DNA of 64,000 nucleotides from Gallionellaceae bacterium (GTDB lineage: Bacteria; Pseudomonadota; Gammaproteobacteria; Burkholderiales; Gallionellaceae): NCBI GenBank assembly GCA_049582805.1, contig JBAUUR010000012.1:244-64243 (forward strand). Direction: 5' to 3'. Within the stretch, counting starts at the first letter, position 1. The number at the start of each line of letters is the position of its first letter. The notes under the pieces are model-generated. The model ran no database searches. It was not told the DNA's origin and was given only the letters and a program-made list of their open reading frames with translations. This document shows positions 40,120 to 48,384 of this stretch, one piece after another. Position numbers and translations under genes: made by a program.

Positions 40120-41237
40120 ACATGGACCAGCGCAACAAATCGGGTCCCGTCGTATGGACAGCAATTATCGCTACCACCTGTTTGCTGCTTCTCGTCTCTC
40201 AGAAACTGCTTTGGCTGATGGTGCCTTTCCTGCTGGCGCTGATCCTTTATTACATCCTCTATCCGGCCACGCAAAGCTTCATCAACCGGGGAATGTCGCG
40301 CGATGAAGCCGCCGTCTGGACTATTGTCCTCTTCCTCATGGGGCTGGTGGTCGGGTTGTCCTTCATGGTGCCATGGATCACGATCCATATCGTCGATATA
40401 CAGGCATCGTTCGAGTTCTATCTGGATGGCGGCCTGCTGTTGCTTAATCGATCATTGCAGGCACTCGAAGCAAGTTGGCCAGCTTTCGCGAAAGTGCACT
40501 TGGCTGATACGGTGACGCTGAAACTCCAGGCTTGGGAGAACAGTATCGTCGAGCATGCTGAGCCGTTGGTGATGAGTATCGCCGCCTGGACATCCTCGTT
40601 GCTGCTGACGCCCTTTCTTGCCTTCTATTTCCTAAAGGATGGCCAGCGCTTCAAGCGCTTCCTTGCCCATGCGGTGCCGAATGCTTTTTTTGAGAGAACG
40701 CTCAACTTGTTGCACGAGGTTGACCAAACACTGCACGCCTACTTCACGGGGCTCATGAAACTCGCCGTACTTGATACGGTGACGCTCGCGGCGGGGCTCT
40801 GGATTGTCGGATTCCCCAACGCGCTGGCGCTGGGCTCCATCTGCGCGGTACTGGCGATGTTACCGTATGTCGGCACAATTCTCGGCGGTCTCGCGGTCAT
40901 CCTCGTCGCCGCGACGAATTTTCCCGATACGCCAACAATGGCCTATTGGGCAGCTTTGCTGTTCATCATTGCGCGCCTGCTCGACGATTTCGTCTACATG
41001 CCGCTAACAATTGGTAAGAGCCTGCATATGTCCCCGCTCGTGGCGGTGCTGATGATCTTTGTCGGCGGCGCCGTGGCAGGTGTCTCCGGCCTCATGCTGG
41101 CACTGCCGCTTCTCGGAGTAGTAATGGTGGTAGGCGAAACTATCAGCAAGGTGGTGACCGACCCGCGCCTGATGGCCCGGCACCGGCACGCCAAGGCGCT
41201 GCGGCGCAAGCTAGCGAGCGCCGATCTGATATCGTAA
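40116..41237 (+). CDS. AI-2E family transporter (PerM/YhhT-like)
   Basis: About 8 TM helices with a typical AI-2E C-terminal half (LAMLPYVGTILGG...). The start overlaps the stop of the cNMP-binding gene. Confidence 0.75.
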   Translation: MNMDQRNKSGPVVWTAIIATTCLLLLVSQKLLWLMVPFLLALILYYILYPATQSFINRGMSRDEAAVWTIVLFLMGLVVGLSFMVPWITIHIVDIQASFEFYLDGGLLLLNRSLQALEASWPAFAKVHLADTVTLKLQAWENSIVEHAEPLVMSIAAWTSSLLLTPFLAFYFLKDGQRFKRFLAHAVPNAFFERTLNLLHEVDQTLHAYFTGLMKLAVLDTVTLAAGLWIVGFPNALALGSICAVLAMLPYVGTILGGLAVILVAATNFPDTPTMAYWAALLFIIARLLDDFVYMPLTIGKSLHMSPLVAVLMIFVGGAVAGVSGLMLALPLLGVVMVVGETISKVVTDPRLMARHRHAKALRRKLASADLIS

Positions 41238-41259
41238 TATATTTTTGCTCAGGCCCGTG

Positions 41260-41365
41260 ATGCGCCCCGAAAAGTGGCCGCTGATCGAGTGGCCAGACGG
41301 TGAGGCTGAGCCGATAAAATACTCCCTCACTACAGCCCCAAGCGAGACCAATCTGGTAGAACCAG
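41260..41365 (+). mobile_element. Short remnant of a DDE transposase (IS701/IS4-like block)
   Basis: Translation EKWPLIEWPDGEAEPIKYSLTTAPSETNLVE resembles the ...LIEWPxGExEPxKYWLSxLP... block I recall from IS701-type transposases. Only about 35 aa is present. Confidence 0.35.
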
Positions 41366-41383
41366 GCAACGATCCTCATCAGT

Positions 41384-41986
41384 TCATCTCAATGAAATCA
41401 GATCTTCGAAAAAGTTGGCATATATCTTCTTCAATCCAGCTTCGCAAGCCAGAACATACGCATGCTGCGTATTGTCATTTACCACCACCTCCGCGCTATA
41501 ACTACGCTCCAGTATCATTTCAAATGGTTTCATTCTTTGCAGCGCAAAATGCAAAGAAACTACCGCGCGAGCATTGCCGCCATCGGTGATTTTCTCCAGA
41601 CGCAATATCTTGGCATTTAACAAATAGCCGATGTCACTTCCCATTGAGATATCTGTCACATGTGGGGCGATAGACATTGCTTCAAAGCTGGCGCGCATAT
41701 GCTCTTGCAACAGTACCGCCGGAGGCTCAATCCAGTATTGATAGTGGTATTGCTGTAACTCGCGTGGCTGCTTTACAGTTGTATACAACATGGCACGCTC
41801 GGCATATGAGCCATCGGCACGCAATGGTGCAACATACAGCGTCTCGTTCAATATCGTCCGAGCAGAGGCACCCCCCGGAGCAGCCTCCAAACGGTAATAT
41901 TTGTCGGGTGAAACTGGCGGCATGGACTGACATCCCGCCAACGCAAAAGTCATAATACAAATCGAGAATCTGATCAAAGTGCTCAT
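41384..41986 (-). CDS. ABC-transport auxiliary lipoprotein (DUF330/PqiC-like)
   Basis: Lipobox FALAGC followed by YYRLE, typical of PqiC/YmbA-like proteins. ATGA overlap with the MCE gene. Confidence 0.7.
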   Translation of the reverse strand: MSTLIRFSICIMTFALAGCQSMPPVSPDKYYRLEAAPGGASARTILNETLYVAPLRADGSYAERAMLYTTVKQPRELQQYHYQYWIEPPAVLLQEHMRASFEAMSIAPHVTDISMGSDIGYLLNAKILRLEKITDGGNARAVVSLHFALQRMKPFEMILERSYSAEVVVNDNTQHAYVLACEAGLKKIYANFFEDLISLR

Positions 41987-42930
41987 TTATTCGCTTCCGA
42001 AGGATCAGCGGGCGCAGGACTACTGAAAATCGAGGATGGATTTTCGTGTAACTGCCGTGACAACTCATTCAAGTTGCGGCTGGCTCGTTCAAGGTTGGAC
42101 AAAATGGTTTGTGTCTGCTGCACGGAATAACGAATCTCCGTCTCCGTCTGTTTAAAGTCGTCCACTGCCTGATTAACTCGCTCCGTGGTTTGATCGCCAT
42201 TTTTCAAGATGCTGTTCATGTGTTGGCGATTTTCAGCATTCAGCAATTGTCCCAGATTATCGGCAGCGGTATTCAAACGAGCCAGTGTGCCATCTGCCTG
42301 ATCCAGCATCATTCCGCCTTTTTGTTCCAGCATACCGCCCAAACTATCCACGCGATGATTTAAATTCTGCAAGACAGGGCGTACATCGTCCCGTGTGATG
42401 CTGTGCAGATCGCTAACCAATCCGCCCAAACTATCCACGCGATGATTTAAATTCTGCAAGACAGGGCGCACTTCGTCCCGTGTGATGCTGCGCAGATCAC
42501 TAACCAGCCCGCCCAAAGCAGCGATCAAGGGTGGATTATCCAGCGCTTGAATATCTTGACCCGGCTTCAGAAAATCCTGGCTCTTGCCCTGTTGTACATC
42601 AATCAGCTGGCTGGACAGCAAACCGGACGAACTGATTGAAGCCAAACTGTCCGCTGGCACCTTCCAGTCATGTTTAAAAAGCAGTTGCACACGATAATAA
42701 ATGCGGCCATCGCGGCTGACGGGCTCGATACTTTGTACATGCCCCACCTGATAGCCATCGAAAGTCACCGGTGAACCGTCGGCGATTCCTGCGACATTGT
42801 GAAAGGTCGAGTAATACACATCATGTTTTTCAGTATGGCCATTCAAACGCGCTAATGCGTAGATCAGCAAGGCCATCGCTATCAGGACAAATGCGCCGAC
42901 CAATCTGTAATTGATGTTGTTGCGCTTCAT
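41983..42930 (-). CDS. MlaD/MCE-domain protein with an extended helical C-terminus
   Basis: N-terminal TM (LVGAFVLIAMALLIYAL), then an MCE beta-barrel (GIADGSPVTFDGYQVGHVQSIEP). The C-terminal helical region contains a 29-aa tandem duplication. Confidence 0.8.
   Translation of the reverse strand: MKRNNINYRLVGAFVLIAMALLIYALARLNGHTEKHDVYYSTFHNVAGIADGSPVTFDGYQVGHVQSIEPVSRDGRIYYRVQLLFKHDWKVPADSLASISSSGLLSSQLIDVQQGKSQDFLKPGQDIQALDNPPLIAALGGLVSDLRSITRDEVRPVLQNLNHRVDSLGGLVSDLHSITRDDVRPVLQNLNHRVDSLGGMLEQKGGMMLDQADGTLARLNTAADNLGQLLNAENRQHMNSILKNGDQTTERVNQAVDDFKQTETEIRYSVQQTQTILSNLERASRNLNELSRQLHENPSSIFSSPAPADPSEANK
42335..42508. repeat. Tandem duplication, 2 x 87 bp, inside the MCE gene
   Basis: Copies at 42335-42421 and 42422-42508 differ at about 6 positions. 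A third copy starts (ccgcccaaa) at 42509. Encodes LVSDL(R/H)SITRD(E/D)VRPVLQNLNHRVDSLGG twice. Confidence 0.9.
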
Positions 42931-42939
42931 GGTTCCATC

Positions 42940-43743
42940 CTATACAAGCTCACGAGTCAGACGTTGCAAATATGCATCCGCATCCACTTCCTCCCGACGA
43001 GGCTGACGGTTCAGAAAGCTGACGATGCGCGGATGATCGGAGCCGCGTATTTCGTCAACCGTACCAATCATCAAAATATGCCCCTGATCCAGCACGGTGA
43101 TGCGATCAGCTATCTTAAACGCACTTTCGAGTTCATGGGTCACCACCACGATGCTCATGCCCATCGCTTCCTGCAAATTCAAAATCAGCTCATCCAATTC
43201 GACTGATGCCACCGGATCAAGCCCCGCCGAAGGCTCATCGAAAAACAACAGGCGCGGATCAAGCGCGATGGCACGCGCCAGCGCGACACGCTTCAACATC
43301 CCGCCAGACAGTTCGCTCGGCATTAAATCTTCGAAGCCATTCAGGTTCACCACTTCAAGCTTCATACGCGCCATGATCTGAATGGTGTTGTCGTCGAGTT
43401 CAGTGTGTTCGCGCAGCGGCATCGCAACATTTTCGCCAACGCTCATTGAGTTGAACAACGCACCCCCCTGAAAGGAAACACCCATCTGCCTGCGCAAGGC
43501 AAACATTTCTTGCGCTGACATGCGCGTGATGTCATGCCCGAGCAACTTAATTGACCCTGACGAAGGTTGATTCAATCCAATCAAATGCCGCAGCAGCGTG
43601 CTCTTGCCGGAACCACTTCCACCCATGATGACCATGATCTCACCCTGCGTCACTGTCATATCGATACCGTGCAATATCTCCCGATCCCCATAGTGCGAGA
43701 CCAGCTTATTCACTTCGATGGCAGCAATCTCGGGAGGTGACAT
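42940..43743 (-). CDS. MlaF-like ABC transporter ATP-binding protein
   Basis: Walker A GGSGSGKST, signature LSGGMLKRVALARA, Walker B LLFFDEP. Confidence 0.88.
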   Translation of the reverse strand: MSPPEIAAIEVNKLVSHYGDREILHGIDMTVTQGEIMVIMGGSGSGKSTLLRHLIGLNQPSSGSIKLLGHDITRMSAQEMFALRRQMGVSFQGGALFNSMSVGENVAMPLREHTELDDNTIQIMARMKLEVVNLNGFEDLMPSELSGGMLKRVALARAIALDPRLLFFDEPSAGLDPVASVELDELILNLQEAMGMSIVVVTHELESAFKIADRITVLDQGHILMIGTVDEIRGSDHPRIVSFLNRQPRREEVDADAYLQRLTRELV

Positions 43744-43744
43744 A

Positions 43745-44587
43745 TCAGCGACTCAGAAATCCGGTAATTAACATATCAGCAAGAATGATAGAGACAATGC
43801 ACAACACTACTGAACGCGTCGTCGCGCGGCCCACTCCTTCCGCACCACTCTCGACTTTAAATCCATTCACCGCACCGATGATCGCTATCAGCATGGCGAA
43901 GGCAATACTCTTATAAATACCGCCCAGGACGTCGTCAGGGGTCAACACCGCAAAACTGCGGTCGAAAAAAACTTCAAGCGGCATACCCAGTGCCGCCATG
44001 CAATACAAGGCGCCCCCCAGCATCGCGACCAGATCGGCCACCACCGTCAGGCATGGCATAGTGATCATCAGCGCAATCAACAAAGGCGCAACCAGATACC
44101 GCACTGGATTAACACCGATGACGCGCAGCGCGTCGATCTCCTGCGATACCATCATGGTACCAATACGTGCTGCCACAGCAGAACCAGAACGACCTGCGAC
44201 AAAGATGCCAGTGATCAACGGCGCGAATTCGCGACTCACAGAATAAGCGATTCCCATCACCACCTGGGAGTTGGCGCCAAATTGTTTGAGTGTGTGGATG
44301 CCCTGCATCGCCAGCATTGTGCCGGTGGCGAAACAGGCAACCGCGACAATCGGAATGGCACGAACACCGACTTCGACGGCCTCCTTGAACACGGCGGCGA
44401 TACGCACTGGTTGATTGCGCCAGTGTCCCAGTATCAACCAATACAGGCTTTCAAACAGCAGCGCGCTGGCATAGCCGACTTCGTCGCTCATCCTGGCGGT
44501 CTTTCTGCCCACCCATTCGACCGCAACCAGCGGAATTTTTAGTGCGCTAAGCGTCAAGATCTTCGTACTCCGCCACGCTGGCGACAA
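43745..44587 (-). CDS. MlaE-like ABC transporter permease
   Basis: Typical MlaE helices (GVRAIPIVAVACFATGTMLAMQG...REFAPLITGIFVAGRSGSA). The start is uncertain: TTG 44587 overlaps the STAS gene by 41 nt, and a later TTG near 44557 is possible. Confidence 0.82.
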   Translation of the reverse strand: MSPAWRSTKILTLSALKIPLVAVEWVGRKTARMSDEVGYASALLFESLYWLILGHWRNQPVRIAAVFKEAVEVGVRAIPIVAVACFATGTMLAMQGIHTLKQFGANSQVVMGIAYSVSREFAPLITGIFVAGRSGSAVAARIGTMMVSQEIDALRVIGVNPVRYLVAPLLIALMITMPCLTVVADLVAMLGGALYCMAALGMPLEVFFDRSFAVLTPDDVLGGIYKSIAFAMLIAIIGAVNGFKVESGAEGVGRATTRSVVLCIVSIILADMLITGFLSR

Positions 44588-44879
44588 TGCGGAACACTTT
44601 ATCCAATCTGGCCAGTTTAATTACTCCAAGCACACTACCCGTTGGCGCGGCCAGAACGAAATCCTGTCCCAGTTTCCTGGCATTTTGCAGCCCTTCCACC
44701 AAGGATGCTACCCCGGAGCTATCCATGTATTTCACAGCAGAAAGATCAACGATGATTGGCGCTCTGGCTTTGACCATGTCTAAAATCACCTCCCGAACGG
44801 TGGGCGAAGAGTGCATGTCAATTTCCTCCGATATAGAGAGAATTTTGATTTTGCCGCGAGTCGTGATGGTGTATTTCAT
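44547..44879 (-). CDS. STAS-domain protein (anti-sigma-factor antagonist / MlaB-like)
   Basis: IIVDLSAVKYMDSSGVASLVEGL, with the phosphorylatable Ser of the DSSG motif (Ser54). 110 aa. Confidence 0.85.
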   Translation of the reverse strand: MKYTITTRGKIKILSISEEIDMHSSPTVREVILDMVKARAPIIVDLSAVKYMDSSGVASLVEGLQNARKLGQDFVLAAPTGSVLGVIKLARLDKVFRIVASVAEYEDLDA

Positions 44880-46606
44880 GTGGATTCCAATGGATTCTTT
44901 TTGTCCAGACGAATGCTCATATAGAGCAGATTTCCATAAGCTTCCGGAGGGGAACAGAAAACCATCTCATCCATCAATTCCCGGATGAAATGAACCCCTA
45001 ACCCACCAGGACGAACATCTTCCAATGACCGCGAGATGATCTTCGCCTTGTCGACCGGTGGTGCATGGTCGAGCAACTTGAAGATTATTGCGTTCCTGTT
45101 TTTGTTATGCGCTACCCGTAACTCGTAGTCTCCCTGATTACTGCCCTGATAGCCATGTTGGATTACATTCATGCAAGCTTCATTGAGTGCGACCACGATC
45201 GAATCTGCCAATCCGTCAGCGGCACCAGCGGACGTAACCATATCACGAATTTGGCTGCGCATTTCTTTCAAAGTGGCCGGGTCGGATGGGAACTTGAGTA
45301 CCCCGATGAGATTACTTTCAGCCGGTTCGATCGCCAGCAAAGTGATGTCGTCACGCAAGGGTTGGCCGCTGGATGACAGTCGTTCGACGATAGCGCGCAA
45401 ACGTTGAGCCAGTGGATATTTGGCGAACTCGTCCAGCATCCCCTTCAGTCCTTCTTCACCCAGCTCTTGCTCACCGCCGGCTTCAGTTACCCCATCGCTA
45501 TACAAATACAGGCAGCCTCCCTCCAGATACACAGCCTCATCCTGAAACTCAATGCCGGCCAGAATTCCGAGCGGTGGCATATCTGCATCAAAGCTTATAA
45601 ATTCACCGCTGGTTTTGCGCAGTATAGGTGGAAGGTGTCCAGCATTAGCGAACAGTACAATTTGAGTGGCGGGGTCGTAGATGCCCAAGACCATGCTAAC
45701 AAACATGCCATGCGAGCTGGTAGCGTAAACCTCATCGTTGATTGTAGCTAACAATCTGGCGGGCTGCGGCATACTCTTACACAGACATTGAAACAAGCTG
45801 ATGGTCTTTGACATCAGCATCGAAGCGCGTATACCTTTGCCGGATACGTCCCCCAAACTGAACGCGATACGTCCATCGGCCAGCATCAAATGCGAATAGA
45901 AATCCCCCGAGATTTCCTGCGCGGGTAGATTGATACCGAAAATCGGAAAGCATGGCTCCGGATCATTGGGTAACAAACTTCGCTGAATCTGACCGGCAAG
46001 ACGAATCTCTTGGCGCAAAGCCTCTTGTGCAACGCGCTCCTCGGCCATGCGCGCATGATGAATGGCAAAAGCCGACAAAGCTGCCAGCGATGAGAGTAAC
46101 CGCCCGTCTTTCTCCGTAAACAAAGGATTGATACCGTTTTTGTTGCAAACCTCAATTGCGCCGAATGGTTTACCTTTCATCGCCAGAGGCGCGCACAGGA
46201 TCGAGCGTGTCACAAAACCTGTCTTTTCATCCATCTCTCCATCGAAATCCTTGTCGTTTTGTACATCGAACACCGTCTCCAGCGAATTATTCATCACCGC
46301 ACGACTCAATACCCCCTTACCAAACGGCACTGCCAAGCCGATGACACCCATCGGCCCCGCGCAAAAACGGCAAATAAGATGCGTCCCTTCAGGATTCAGC
46401 AGAAATACCGAGGCAGTTTCGGCATGCAAATGCTCCCTCACCCGCAAGGTTGTATTGCGCAAAGTCTCATCCAACTCAATCGACTCAGTGAACTCCACCC
46501 CCAACGAGGCGACGAACTCAATCTCCAACATGTCATTACTGTTAGAATCTACTTTGCGCCTTTCAATCATGTTGACCTTGCCCCTATATTCGGTATCTCT
46601 TGACAC
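44876..46606 (-). CDS. GAF + PP2C (SpoIIE/RsbU-type) phosphatase + RsbW/SpoIIAB-like HATPase kinase fusion (HsbR-like, with GAF replacing the receiver)
   Basis: GAF: LRVREHLHAETASVFLL...ILCAPLAMKGKPFGAIEV. PP2C: ISGDFYS, LGDVSGKGIRASMLMS, LYSDGVTEA. Kinase: LNEACMNVIQHGY...RPGGLGVHFIRELMDE. ATGA overlap with the STAS gene. The start is either GTG 46606 or ATG 46570. Confidence 0.8.
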   Translation of the reverse strand: MSRDTEYRGKVNMIERRKVDSNSNDMLEIEFVASLGVEFTESIELDETLRNTTLRVREHLHAETASVFLLNPEGTHLICRFCAGPMGVIGLAVPFGKGVLSRAVMNNSLETVFDVQNDKDFDGEMDEKTGFVTRSILCAPLAMKGKPFGAIEVCNKNGINPLFTEKDGRLLSSLAALSAFAIHHARMAEERVAQEALRQEIRLAGQIQRSLLPNDPEPCFPIFGINLPAQEISGDFYSHLMLADGRIAFSLGDVSGKGIRASMLMSKTISLFQCLCKSMPQPARLLATINDEVYATSSHGMFVSMVLGIYDPATQIVLFANAGHLPPILRKTSGEFISFDADMPPLGILAGIEFQDEAVYLEGGCLYLYSDGVTEAGGEQELGEEGLKGMLDEFAKYPLAQRLRAIVERLSSSGQPLRDDITLLAIEPAESNLIGVLKFPSDPATLKEMRSQIRDMVTSAGAADGLADSIVVALNEACMNVIQHGYQGSNQGDYELRVAHNKNRNAIIFKLLDHAPPVDKAKIISRSLEDVRPGGLGVHFIRELMDEMVFCSPPEAYGNLLYMSIRLDKKNPLEST

Positions 46607-46654
46607 GCTAATTATGCTATCTATTATGGTTGCAATTTATGAATTTGAGGATAA

Positions 46655-46769
46655 GGGCTGTTCGCGCCGATTGAATAGCGCAATCCGCCAGGCTTTGCCG
46701 TCGTGCTTCTCCCGCTCCAGAACATTGACCAGATCAACCGTGGAATAAAAGCGCACCCGTTTGCCCTGC
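46655..46769 (-). mobile_element. Remnant of an IS21-family IstB helper ATPase
   Basis: Hand translation QGKRVRFYSTVDLVNVLEREKHDGKAWRIALFN resembles the RVRFYxxxDLVNxLExEKxxGKxGxxA block of IstB. There is no Walker motif or flanking ORF. Confidence 0.4.
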
Positions 46770-46942
46770 AAGGGGGAGGGGATATTTCGGCCTACGGATT
46801 TTTCGGGGCTAGAACAGTTTTTTCATTTTGTAGCGTGCAACTTTCGTTTCCGAGTTGGTCCTGATTCCCATGCCGGTAAAAACATTATATACAACATATT
46901 CAATGTCTTAAAAAGATAAATTATAATGTCACTTTAAGTTCT

Positions 46943-48367
46943 TCATCTGCCGTTAAATGACTCGCCGCTCTTCTGCCAATCCCCGCCCAGGGCAGTGATG
47001 AGAACCGCGTTGGCAAGCAGCCTCCGTCCGGCGATGTTGAGGCTGTTTTGTTGCGCAGCGAGTGCCGTCGCCTGCGCCGTGACGACATTCAGGTAGCTGA
47101 CGGTGCCGGCCTGGTACTGGTTTTCCGTCAGTGCCAAGGCTTGGGAGGCGGACTTCTCAGCGGCTTGCTGCACTGAGGCCTCGTCTGCAAGATGGTGCAG
47201 CGCGGCGAGGTTGTCTTCGACTTCCTGGAATGCGGCAAGTACGGTCTGACGGTAACTGGCCACGCTATTGTCATAGACTGCGATTGCGGCCCGCTTCGTC
47301 GCCGAGCGCGCGCCGGCATCGAACAGAGTCAGCGCAATAGACGGGCCGATCGACCAGAAGCTATTAGGCGATGTCAGCAGTTGCGAAAGGCTGGAACTTT
47401 GGTAACCACGAGTGCCGTTCAAGGTCAGCGCGGGAAAAAATGCTGCCTGCGCCACGCCGATCTGGGCATTGGCCTCCGCCATATGCCGCTCGGCTGCAGC
47501 AATATCGGGTCGCCGTTCCAGCAACGCGGAAGGCAGTGCGGACGGAACCTGCGGAAGCGAGGGGAGGACGTTCGTCGGCTTGATCTGGAAGTCCGCCGGC
47601 GCCTTGCCGATCAGCATGGCGATGGCGTGTTCAAACTGCGCCCGCTGCACGCGCAGATCGATCGCTTGGGCCCGGGTCGTCTCCAGTTGTGTTTCGGCCT
47701 CTGCCACGTCGAGGCTACTTTCGACGCCAGCCTCATTGAGGTTCTTCGTGATTTGCAGTGAGCGCTCGTAGGCAGCGGTGGTCTGTTCGAGCAGACGCTG
47801 CTGGACGTCGTTGGTACGAAGCTGGAAATAGGTCTGCACCAGCGTCGCCTGCGCGGACAGCAGCGCATTCCCCAGATCGGCGCTGCTGGCCTGGGCCGAT
47901 GCCTTGCTGGCTTCGACATTGCGTCCGATTAGTCCCCATATATCCGGCTCCCAGCTGGCGCTCAAGGTAGGGCGTACAACGTTACTGATCGGGGCGCCAT
48001 GCTGCACCACGGTCGCATTGCCTGGAGAAGTTCCCCGCGCGCGCGTCCCCGTTAAGCCTGCAGTCACGGTTGGGAAATAGCTTGCCTGCGCCACGTCCAG
48101 TAGTGCCTGTGCCTGCCGGTAAGACGCAGCGGCGGCGAGAACATTCTGGTTCGATATCTTGACCTGCGGCACCAACGCATTCAAATCCGCGTCACCATAG
48201 ATTTCCCACCAGTTCCCGCGCGGGGCCCCGTCCTTCGGCTCGGCTGGCTTCCAGTTCCCGGCCTCCCTGTAGGCTGCGGGTGTCCAAACATCGGGCTTGC
48301 GGTAATCCGGACCGACCATGCAGCCGGTCAGCAGCAACAGGGCAGCCGAAATTGCGTAGGTCTTCAT
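46943..48367 (-). CDS. RND efflux outer-membrane lipoprotein (NodT/OprM family)
   Basis: Lipobox LLLTGCMVGPDYRKP and two OEP repeats. Start at ATG 48367. Confidence 0.9.
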   Translation of the reverse strand: MKTYAISAALLLLTGCMVGPDYRKPDVWTPAAYREAGNWKPAEPKDGAPRGNWWEIYGDADLNALVPQVKISNQNVLAAAASYRQAQALLDVAQASYFPTVTAGLTGTRARGTSPGNATVVQHGAPISNVVRPTLSASWEPDIWGLIGRNVEASKASAQASSADLGNALLSAQATLVQTYFQLRTNDVQQRLLEQTTAAYERSLQITKNLNEAGVESSLDVAEAETQLETTRAQAIDLRVQRAQFEHAIAMLIGKAPADFQIKPTNVLPSLPQVPSALPSALLERRPDIAAAERHMAEANAQIGVAQAAFFPALTLNGTRGYQSSSLSQLLTSPNSFWSIGPSIALTLFDAGARSATKRAAIAVYDNSVASYRQTVLAAFQEVEDNLAALHHLADEASVQQAAEKSASQALALTENQYQAGTVSYLNVVTAQATALAAQQNSLNIAGRRLLANAVLITALGGDWQKSGESFNGR

Positions 48368-48384
48368 CACAAGTATCCTTTCAC

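Noticed and set aside
46800-46940. Possible attR (a direct repeat of the tRNA-Leu 3' end) closing the island; ccgagttggtcctgattccc vaguely resembles ttcgagtcctcttctggg.
   Set aside because: The match is short and gapped, no better than chance by eye. The island limit therefore remains undefined.
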